Source: Callorhinchus milii
Taxonomy: Eukaryota
Direction: 5' to 3'
NCBI RefSeq assembly: GCF_018977255.1
Contig: NW_024704743.1
Location: 2,170,001-2,234,000 of the forward strand
Length of the DNA stretch: 64,000 bases
How positions within the stretch are numbered: the first letter of the stretch is position 1; each line of letters begins with the position of its first letter. The notes under the pieces were generated by a model. That model was given only the letters and a program-made list of their open reading frames with translations, did not search any database and was not told where the DNA came from. Below are positions 37,296-49,200 of this stretch, in pieces. A program made the position numbers and the translations under genes.

Positions 37296-40200
37296 AACGT
37301 CAGCATCCCGTGCCACAACTGCTGGGAATGATGAAGAACTCAGTCAACCAACAGCAGAACAGGGTAAGTAAGCACAGACATCTTCCGACGGAAGCCACTT
37401 ATATTGTTATATAAATAGACCTGCTTTATATAGTGCAGATCGAAATGGGTTAATCATATTAGACTTTCTTTGGATGCCCCTCCGTCAGCCGCAAGGGAAT
37501 AAGGGCATAAAGTCATTTTAAACCCACGAGGGCTTCATAGCTGTGTATTCTCACTATATCTACGTCAGAAACCATACATGTTGGCCATAATTTCATACAT
37601 CTTTTAACCCATTCATGTGTAAGAACATAGAATTGAAATAACAATGCATCAAATCTAGTTAGACTTCTGTGCTAAGGGGGAGATAGGTAAACTATGAAGG
37701 ATGTTAATTTCCGGGGAATAGAACACTTTCCATTCGGTCACCTGCGAAATACACCTGGTTACTACTTGCACAGTCATTTACAGTAGAGCAAATAGATGTT
37801 TCACAATTACAAAACAGGGCTTTATATATAAAGTGGAGTCCTGTAACTTAGTGGTTAGAGCACTCGCCTTACAAGCGAGCCACCTGGGTTCAATTCCAGG
37901 CAGGGCGAAACCTTGGGCAAGTTTCCTTACTCCACACGCCTAATAATAATCCCTCCAAAACAACAAAACAATAATAAATTGGTCATTTTCAATCCGCGAC
38001 TGTTTGTAAGGACGCTGCTGTGCACAATTGGCTGCCGCGTTTCGCCCACAAATATACGTCAATTCACTTTACAGCATATCCTGTGAAGCGCTTTGAGATG
38101 TCGAGGATGTGAAAAGCACTATATCAAATGCAAGGATTATTATTATTATTATTATTATATTATATTATATTATATTATTATATACGCTGTAAAGTGAATT
38201 GACTATATTTTGTGGGCGAACGCAGCAGCCAATTGAGCACAGCAGCGTCCTTACAAACAGCCGTGGATTAAATGATCAAATTATTATTTAATTTTTTAAA
38301 GGATTATTATTCCTGAAAAAGCGATCCGCCAATCGACTAACAATCGGGTTCCTACTTGCCGCAAGGTAAACAGAGGCGTGTGGAGTAAGGAAACTTGCCC
38401 AATGTTTTGCCCTGCTAGGGAATCGGAACCAGGTCTCACACTTGCGAGTGCTCTAACCACTGATTCAAGATTCAATACAGGATTAAAAAGATCTCTAATA
38501 ATCTGTTTAATGTAGCCAAAAAAACTTTAGAAGGGGGTCTGGACTTGAGGTCAGAAGGTGGGAGGTGAACAGGCATTTAATGACTCCAAGAAGAGTAGTG
38601 GAATGGAATGGACTGGTCAGAGAGGTGGTGGAGGCGAATTGTGTCAGCAAATGCAAGAGAAAATAGGATAGCTATTTGTAGAAAAAAATACTGCGGGATG
38701 TGAGCAGAGGATTAGTTAGTGTATGTTGTTCTGTCTTTTTTTTAGTCCTGTAAGCTCCCTCGTATTGAAATGTCAGCCTAGATTATGAAAAAGGGCAAGA
38801 GTGCTGTAACTGGGCAAGACTGACTAAGGAGCTGATTTGCGGGGCAGACAAGATGTGGATCTGATAACTCAGTCTTGACACGCTCCTATAATGAAACCTG
38901 TCTTGGTTAATCTGTTTCACCCCATTTCCTGGAACCGTTAGGAGTATCCCCGGGTGTTGCTGAAGGAGAGACTAATCAATGCAGAAACCAATCACCATGT
39001 TAGAGAGTGTCCAAACCAGACTAAATATACTTGCCAAATTATTCCAACTATACTTGCCGCCACTGTATGGAAATTTCCCTGTGTCTAGAGTGGAAAATGC
39101 ACTCTCTCCCTGGAGGAATGCTAAATCTCTCCCCTTCCTTGCCTGTCTTCGGATCACACCTAAAGGCCTTCCTCTTCGACCATGCCTGCAGTCACCCTCG
39201 CGCTCTCCTTGGCTTGTCATCAAGCTCTGACATTGTTGAGCGCTCAAATGCAACCCCAGTTGGAAGCTGCTGTGTAAAGGCAAGTTGTTGGTGCTTTCCT
39301 AATTTCGGAACGTGCTAGACAAATCTAGATTAGAGGCCCATAGTGTGTATGTTGGGATGCTGCTAGAATCTAACCAAGTAACTGGAGTCTAGGGGTTGGA
39401 GCACTCGCCTCGCAAGCGAGCGAGAGGACCTGGGTTCGATTCCTGGGTAGGGCGAAATGTTGGGCAAGTTTCCTTACTCCACACACACACACACACACCT
39501 CTGTTTACCCAGTAGTAAGTAGGAACCCGGTTGTTAGTCGATTGGCTCATCTCTTTTCTGGGGGTAATAATTCCTTAAAAATAAATTTAAAAAAATGATT
39601 TGGTCACTCAATGCATGATTTTTTGTGGGACGCTCCTGTGCTCAATTGGCAGCTGCAAAATATACAGTCAATTCACTTTACCGTATATTCTGTGAAGCGC
39701 TTTGAAACATCTTGAAGACGTGATGAGGTGCTGTATTAAATGCGAGGATTATTATATATAAGGTCCTGTTTTGTAATTGTACAACAACTACTTGCATTTG
39801 CATAACGAAAGTTATTAAACCTTGTGAAAGATATAGAAATAAAGAGCAGTTTCTAAACTACGAGTTGCTAAAGTATTTAGCTTTGGCATTTGGAGGATGA
39901 GTACAAGAAACATTACACCAGCGCTATATTCTCTCCAAAAATTCAAATCTTTTGAAGAGATGATGCTCTTTGGCAAATTAGTCTAGAGTACAGGTGTCTG
40001 GGTTCATTCGATTCTATTTTGAGCTTCATTTAGGGAATACTTGCTGGTTTGTACCGATCAGAATTTCTAACCAGTTTCTAACAGCAGCAAAAATTCGTAG
40101 CAGATGCTTGCGTCAGTTGGCAAGCTATCCCACTGATTTACCTCGGAAATATTAAAAGCTGTCAGGAGGAATTCCACCCTTCTCTCCCCACACCCCCCGA

Positions 40201-43200
40201 CACCCTCCCCTTGAGATTTTTTGAAGGTATTTTTTCGGTTCTGTGTCGCTTGGCACAACCCGTGTATTTTATTAATTTGCCATTGTGATATCCTCTCTGG
40301 TCCTGACCCATTAGCCAATGATAATACAATTTATATAATAATAATAATCCTTACATTTGATACAGCGTCGAGACGTCTCAAAGTGAATTAACTGCATAGT
40401 TTGTGGGCAAATCGCCGCAGCCAATTGGGCACAGCAGTGTCCCAACAAACAGCCGTGGATTGAGTGACCAAATTATTTTTGAAGGGATTATTATTATTAT
40501 CCCCGGAAAGTGATACGCCGATCGACTAACAATCGGGTTCCACATATAGTAACTTTCACATTAGGAGGATGTCTCAAAGTGCTTGTTACTGCCGCCTGGC
40601 CTCCTGAGCTGGGAGTCAAAGGGAAGGGGAGAGAGGAACATTTTATTCAGTCAACGAGGTACATCTTGAGAATGGGCTTGAATGAGGGAATCAGTGAGTT
40701 GGAGGGACTCCGGAAAGAGGATATGAGCTGCAGAGTTCTGGATAGTTTACAGCCTGTTGTGTAGGGAACAGCTGGAGAGTCTGGCGAGCAGGGCATTAGC
40801 ATAGTCAAGCCGAGATGTGATGAAAGTGGGAAAGAAGGTTTTGATAGACCAGGGCAGAGAGATAGTGGGGGGGAATGTTTTGGAGGTGTAAGAAAACCTG
40901 AGCATGTAAGAACATGAATTGAAAGACATTTGGGAGTCAAGTAAGACACAGAGTTTCTGTGCTGGCTCCACAACCGTGCAGGTTTATGCTGTCAGTGTAA
41001 GAAGGTGCTGAGGAGTCCAGCAGGACCCGGGTCTTGTCCATGTGTTACTGAGAGCTCATCCAGGACTTGATATATTGACAGCAATGGTCCTGGAGTTGAG
41101 GATAGAGTTAATAGAGTCGGGGATAACACCTTTCTTCCGGGAAACTCGGTTTTACATCGGCACCACCACCAACAAATTTCATTTATTTAGCGTCCTTCAC
41201 ATTGGTGTTTAGATCTCCCAGTTACCCTCTCAAGTGGGAGTTTAAATGCAGGCTTTCGTTTCAGTCCTGTTGGAATTACCAACATTGAAGAATGTTTAAC
41301 GCAATCTTATTATTTGAATGTAGTTCTACTTCCACATAGAAAATACCCCGCCCGCCCTTCCAATCACTCCACTGTATACCTTAAGTTGGGACATATCTTT
41401 TTTTTATGTTTACGCAGCAGACAAGAGTAATTATAAATATTACTTTTTTCTGCTGTCAACTCTGTCAAACTAAGATGTAAATCCAAAAGCAAGCCTCACA
41501 TAAAGTGGAGTCTTTTAGGCAATCCCAAATTTTCGTTTTTTGAATTTTATTTTATACTTTATCTCACACCGGATGCCACTGAAATGCTTGTGCGTTCCTT
41601 GGTTACATCCCGGCTTTCCCAACATACTCTCATTGGTCTCCCCAGCTTCACCATTCCCAAGCTGCAACTCACACAAAACTCCCTGTCCGTAATCGTGACC
41701 CTCACCAAACCCCAAACATCCATCATTGCCGGGCTTCACTGCCTCACACAGTGCCAATTTCAAAATCCTCACCTGCAAATCCATCCACTCTTCTGGCATC
41801 CCCTGATTTCTCTGATCTCCTAACCTTGTCCCCGCCCGGCCCCATCCCTTAGCTGATTCTGGCTGCTGCGCGTCCACAGCCCTCTGCACTCCACCATCCG
41901 TGATCGAGCCTTCACTTCCTACATCACCTCTGGAAATCCCTCCCTCTACCGTTAAGCCCCACAGCATCTTTTCAGTCTTCAGTCCTGCTCAATTCCTCTT
42001 TGAACGCTATATAAACGCGAGTTGTTCTGCTGCCTGGTACAGCACGATGAATTCACTTTCATACGACATGTCATAGTTTTACGGTTAAATGTATCAATTG
42101 CCTTTAATCCAAGAACTGAAGCTGAGCTACCAAGGTCAGCGTTGTGGGACTGAGTATGTTATTCGTGTTCATGAACAGTCTCTCAAATGGCAAGTTCTCT
42201 TGCCTGCTAATCAACACAATTTTAAAATGATCTCCACGTATAATTTTTAAAGAGGGTTTCGAGACCTGGTCAACCACAAGCAGATTTGGTAGCAGCGCGT
42301 ATTCTTTAAAACTTGTTACGTTATCGATTTGCGCAGCAGATATTTGTTTTAAAATTCCTATGCGACTCCTCCCACCCCCCCCCCCCCCCCAAAAAAAAAG
42401 TTTTGAACTGCTAGCTGACGCCCCAAGGACAAAATAAATTGGCTGAGCACTGTGTTCTCTGCAGGTCATTATGCAGGGGCGAGGCATCGCATTACCAGGC
42501 CAGATGGGCAGAGGACGAATGATGCAACATAAACAGAACCTGCGAGTGGTGGAATGCAGACCTCAGCCATGTGTAGTGTCAATTGAAGGGCTTTCTTCTT
42601 CAACAACTGATTTCCAATTGAAAAATCTGCTGATGTCTGTTGGACCGATTCAGGTAGGTGACCCTCCTCCCCCTCTTATATGTGCATACCTTACCAAGCT
42701 GAAGATTGCAAATGAGTGATGATAATAATAATAATGATATAGCGCTTCATCACATTGTCGAGACGTCTCAAAGCGATGAAAGCAATGCTTTTTCAAATTT
42801 GATTCTCCGCCCTAGATTGCAGGTTGATGCCAAATTTATAAACTAATCACAAAAATAATTCTGCATTGGACATTCCCTTGCATGTGACGCTGAAGTATAA
42901 CATTTTCAAGTTAATGAACGGTGCTAAAGTTGAATTAAAGTGCACTCAAGATTTTTGGAATTGATTGGATGAAGGGACAGCAGATCATTGCTGTGAGAGA
43001 TTATGGTGCCTTCCTATCTGTTACAGTAATTACAAACCTTGCTTTAGAATATTTTTTTTTACACACTACTTGCAGTTTCACCAATGCACAGATATGGATC
43101 CTTGTTATTCCACCTTATTGTCAGTGGTTTCTCATTTGTGATGTGAAATATTCTACATCGTCACCCGATTTTCCTCACTCCTGCTTTTTCATTCCTGTCA

Positions 43201-46200
43201 CGTGTCAGCCTCTCAGGCTCCTCTGTCGGCCTCAGTGTGGTACTCTGCTCCATGAAGAAATGATGCAGACTCATCTGTCTGGGGAAAATTGGTTACGTTC
43301 TTGGGCTGATGGCGAAAACTCTTTTTCTAGCCAGACAACTCATGATATTTTTCCAGTTGAATCTGTGTGACTAATGGCCTACTCTCAGACTGCTGGTGAT
43401 GTAGTTTGTGATGAGAAAATTAACCAACCTTGATCTGATAGTGGTTGTAGGACAGTAACGTCCTCAAGGGGATAGCCCTCCAGACTCTTGTCTCCCTGTC
43501 TCACAGTGTTTAATTGATGGTCGGATAAGTCATTTTCATGTTGAAATGACTGTAGTGGCATTCATCGGACATAATCTGACTCAAGGTGCGACTGTTGTGC
43601 TTAGCTTTTTGACCTTTGGTGCACAGCAAATTGGTCCAGGGCGTGAATAAGCACAGTGAAACCTTCTTTACTAAGATGCAGTTTTTCATCCGTTAGTGTT
43701 TGAATCTTGTCAGAATGACTAAAACAGGAATTGATGCATTCTATTATTCAGCAGTCCACCTGCACAAGCCGATGTCTTAGTCCAAGAGACTGTCAGTGCT
43801 TGGGTTACTATCAAGCGAGAGGTGCTATATAAATGCAAGTTGTTGTTGCCGGGAAATTATCTATTTGCTTTGGTAGATAATCACTAGCTTCTCCCCTTTT
43901 GCTCAAAGATCACAAACTGAGCTGGAGGCTGAGCTGACCCCTTATCTGTACACTTTCCACTATTACACCTGGTAACCCAAGTTCTTACAGAAGAATCAGA
44001 ACAGGTATCTGTAATTTTGTGTTTCTGACCTGGAGTTCAGTCCCTACCTGATCTTGCTTTCCCACAGGAAGGAACTTGTGGCAAGCCAACTTGTCTACTT
44101 AGCCCTATCCAGTTTCATTTGGACATGCTCTTTGTCTGGCTTCAAGAGTGTTTGATACTCTCCTGTAACTATTTTGCTAATCTATTCCTAGATTGGTATC
44201 GATTGTTTGTGACAAGAAAATGATCTATTATTAAATAATAATAATTTTGTCACTCAATGCATGACTGTTTGTGGGAACACTGCTGTGCGCATTGGCTGCT
44301 GTGTTTTGCCCACAAAATACAGTCAATTCATTTTATAGTGTATTAAATGAAGCTCTTTGAGACGTCTCGAAGACGTGATAAGGCACTAACAAATGCATTG
44401 ATTATTATTATTAAATGTGTTTGCAGCACATTAATGTCAAGGGAACCCTCCGAGCCCTTCTCTCCCTGGCATTGCTAGTAATTTATTTTTGGACTAATCA
44501 ACCATTCACTTAATTTAGAGTGGAAGAAATTCTTTAATTGTACTTTGGTAAAGTTCCATCTCCTTCCTTTGGGATGCATACCACTTTTACCCACCTATAT
44601 TACACTGATCTGATCAGTGCTTCATCTCTTCCTGCTTTCTCCCCAAAGTGGTACCTTTGTTCCATTTGGAATAGGAGGTGATTACTTTGTCAGTTTACCC
44701 ACCTTGGTTTCACTATCAAAGTCAGAAAAACAAAGTTAACCTGCTCCTCCACTATATCTCCCCTCTTACCATTTTATTTTTCAATAACTTTGGAAGAGGC
44801 GGGTGCACACTAACGATATTGGGGTTATGTAAGGTTTTTGACCTGATTGTTTCTCCTTGAATGTCAGAAGAAACAATCCGGTCTCTGACTCTTTTCTTCA
44901 GATGAGGTTGCGCTACATATGAAACAATCTCTAACCTGGATCACCAATGAACCAACATGCCTTTGTACATAATGAGAACGTTTCTTAAAACTTTTCAGTT
45001 TAGATGTTAACCTCAACTTTGTCTAAACCAGTAAACAAAATAAGTACATAGACAAACAATACTCTCAATGTACAAACCAAATTGCATCTAAATGTATTTT
45101 TGAGCGTGCTCAAAACGTCAGTGAATAAGGCTTAATATAAAACAATCATATTTGTAAACCGGTCACAATGATTCAGAAGCGTGTACGTTTTCTAGCACAA
45201 ATTCAGAAAATTAAAATGATCAGTAGATTATGATTTTTTTTCATTTAAATACGTTGATTTTCTTTTCTGTTTGTGCTCGGAACTCTTCAGGAGTTTTCCT
45301 GGTGGATTAGTATGTGGAATAATTCAGCTTTCCAACTCAGTAGACTTTGTTTTCAAGACTCAGTTGGTTCAATCAGCTATTTAATGAAATATTGCTTACT
45401 TAGTGGAAACATCAGATGTTTTGTGTGTGTGTGTCTTGTGCTGGTGGTGGCGAATATGATCTGTGGAACCTTTAAAAATAACGCTGGAAGCTGATGGTAA
45501 AACATTCACTCTATTTCTGAACTTCTAAAGGTTAATAATACTTTTTAATGGACAACATTTTTCCTCATGTTCACCGAATCTCCTTTTGATTCCTTTGTTA
45601 CAGTGACTGCATAATCCAGTTGAACAAATTGATCTAGCACTTATTTAAGCTACTTATTAAAGTTCTTGAATCATCTACAGTGTGAAAAAGTCACTTAATG
45701 AGGATAATTCTCCGTAAAACAGCATTATGCAATGAAAAATCTTTTCAACATAAATTCAAAAATGATTTGCATAATTTAAGTTACCAACTATTCAGTTGTT
45801 GGCTTCTGTACACAGGTTGTTTAGGTTTTATATTAAATATACTTGGAGAAGTTAGATTGACCGCTAGTTAATTTATTGCACCTACTCCTTTCTCTCTTTA
45901 ACTTTGTTTGTGTACTGTACTCTGGACGTTGATTTCCCCATTTTTTAAAAAAAAATCTTGAAAATGTTCAGTACGGGAGAGAGACAGAAGCTATTGGCAA
46001 GTACAGCAGGTTGCTATCACCTCAAACAATAAAGTTAATACTATAACCATTTATCGAGATTTTCCAGACCATTTTGAGGAATATGTCGCTAGAAAATGAG
46101 ACAAATGTCCTTAGACCATGTCACTAACTAAGCACATCTCACCAAATGAACAAAATACTCAAAACAGAAAGACATGAAGCTTGAATTATAGACCACTTAG

Positions 46201-49200
46201 ATTGCAGAGTGGGGAAAAATCAATTATGCGCTGCGGCTGTTCATTAACTGGGTAATTACTTCAGCTCTTAAAAGTGAATACATTATGTCAGTGATGGCAG
46301 TGAAGAACAGACTCAAGGATTTGAGTAGTATAGGTTTAGTTATCTCAATGAAGCCCATCTAGATGCATGAAGAGAGTTCTGTTTTGTAATTACAAACGCT
46401 AAATTATGTCAAATGACTAATTAGTGGAACCGTACCAAAAACTCTCTGGGGCTGTTGTAATATTAAATAATGTATTTATGATGTATGGATTTCAGAAAAT
46501 GAGCTCCTTTTAAATGTGATAAAATGCATTTTGTAAAAAAATCAATTTTACTTTATGTGGGCTATAAGTAAATAGTTCTGGCAACATAATTGACTTATTC
46601 TTTCGCGCACAAAATACGCAGACGCCCACAAAATATAGTCAATTCGCTTTACAGTATATTTTGTGAAGCGCTTTGAGACGTCTCGGAGACTTTAGCCTCT
46701 GAGTCAAAGGGTTATGCGTCCAAGCCTCACGTCGGAACTTGGATATAGTCATATAGTCTCAGCTGATTCTAAAGCAGCGGTTGGGGGTATGTTGCATTAT
46801 TGGAGGTCCACCGAGATCCTGTCTACCTGTTCAGCTGATCGTTTAAAGATCCCGTGGCATTACTCGAAAAGAGAAGGGAGATCCGTCCAGTGTCCAGTGT
46901 CCTGGCCAACAATCCCCCAAATAAAACTGGTCTATGTTGTGAGACATCACTGTACGATAAATTGTCTCCTGCTTTCACCCACAAAATACACAATAAAATT
47001 ACAGTTTATCCTGTGAAGTGCTTTGAGGCGCCGTCCTGACTTGAATGGCGCTATGCCAAATATAAGGATGATGATGATTATTATTATTTACATAGTGCCC
47101 TTCACGGGCTAAATTACATATTTTGATATATATATGAAAAATTATAAAAACCGTGGCGTGCTTATTGTTGAATTTTATTATAATAATGATCCTTGCATTT
47201 GACGTCTTCTAGACGTCTCAAAGCGCTTCACAGGGTACACTGTAAAGTGAATTGACTGAATATGTTGTCGGTGTTTTGGTGTAGTGCGATTTCAAGGATA
47301 AAAGACCGATGACATTTATGACATTGTTTTCTTAAACTACTTTTAAAACTTATCCCTCAGGCATTTTTGATAGAATTGCTAATAGCGAGGTTTCAGCGGC
47401 ATTTGTGTATTTCTGCCCACCTGCAATCTGACCCCTTTCCCCGGCTGTCCAAGAGACGGTGACAGTTGCAATGGGTTCACCTGCACATGTCATTCCAGCT
47501 GCTTTAGAGTGAAGTATCACCTGCTGGGATAGAGCCGTCCTGAGCATTCACTTTTATTTCCTTCCTAAGCAGGCACATCGTGCATTTTGACACCACTCCC
47601 GCCAGGTTATTTGCTCTCTCTTACAATACTTAAAGCTTCTGCCACTCCACACAGAATTGTAATAATCTCATCTTGAAAGCAATGTCATTGAGAAAGCCAT
47701 TATTAACTTCGTGCTTCTGCATTTGCAGTTGCCTTGATGTCACACTGTGAGGATTTTGATGACATCAAGATATTTGCCTGTGGCTCAACCATTCATTATT
47801 TTATATAATAATAATCCTTGCATTTGATATAGAGCCCTATCACGTCTTTGAGACGTCTCAAAGCGCTTCACAGAATATACTATAAAGTGAATTGACCGCA
47901 TGTTTTATTGGTGATTTCGCAACACTAACTGTTTTAGATATTGCTGAAAATCAGGCTACTTCGTTTCTGCTTTTTGTGGGGGGGGGGGGAATTCCACGAA
48001 CATTATTTGGGGGAATAAAATGATGGTTTGCAGATGGACCAAAGTCTTTGTGGAAGCTGGAAACTACTGAATAGTAGTACCACTACCGTCGAGAGAGTTG
48101 TCGCTTAGAGCTTGCTGTTATAAAGCAGTATTAATTTGTATTTTATAGCACATAATCTCAAAACATCTCTGTGGGAGTTACTGCGGGTATGGTGATGTTT
48201 CTAAATGTATATGGCAGCCAGTTTGCACACTGTAGATAGAGAGCCACAAACAGACTTATCTGGAGGATTGTTGGCTAGAGACTGGGAGAAACTGAATTGC
48301 TAGATATTTGGGGAGGACAAATGTGCAAGGCTATGGGGAGAGATCGGGGGAGTTTGCACCTACAGCTTTCTGACTCAGAGGTATTACCAACTGAGCCAAA
48401 TGTTTGATGTGTCTGTCTTAAGGTACTTCGATATTTCTATCGTGTCTTGTTCAATTCTGTAGCTGTTTAGCTGTTTGGACTACCTTTATGTTTAATTGCG
48501 TCTCCTGCACCACCAAAACACTGAACCCATTTCAAGTACTTTCACCAATAATCAAAGCTAAAGTGTTTTTTTTTTAAAAAAAGCGTCCATCTAAAGTATC
48601 TATTGTAATTCGCAATGACATGTGGAATCCTATAGCTCAGTGGTTAGAGCACTCGCCTCGCAAGCGAAAGGACCTAGGTTTGATTCCCGGCAGGGCGAAA
48701 CATTGGGCAACTTTCCTTACTCCACATACCTCTGTTTGGTCACTTCAGTCCACGACTGTTTGTGGGGACGCTGCTGGGCACAATTGGCCCACAAAATATA
48801 CAGTCAATTCACTTTACAATCGATTTTGTGAAGCGCTTTGAGCCATCTCGAAGATGTGACAAATGCCAGGATTGTTATTATTGTATATACGATGGTGCAT
48901 GGAGGACAGCTCTGAGATTCAGACTGCAGTGTGTTCAATTCAATTACTGTTGCTTGAACATTTTGGAAAACGTTAGTTTTCTTAAGCACTGGTTGATAGC
49001 AATTATTGCTACGCTTTGCGATTACTCCAGAAGTAAAGATTATCATGGTTGTGAAAGGAGTTAACTGCCGCAGTGTCTGTTAATTGTCACAGTGTGACAT
49101 TCCTAATGGATAAAGATCCGATATGATCTCATCTTCATAGCCGTTTCGTGAGGACAGATCTGATGTATTTAGATTTGAATTTGATACGCCCTGGGCTATG

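Noticed and set aside
38930-39320. Possible further L2 RT fragment on the minus strand
   Set aside because: The motif resemblance was too degenerate to support by eye.
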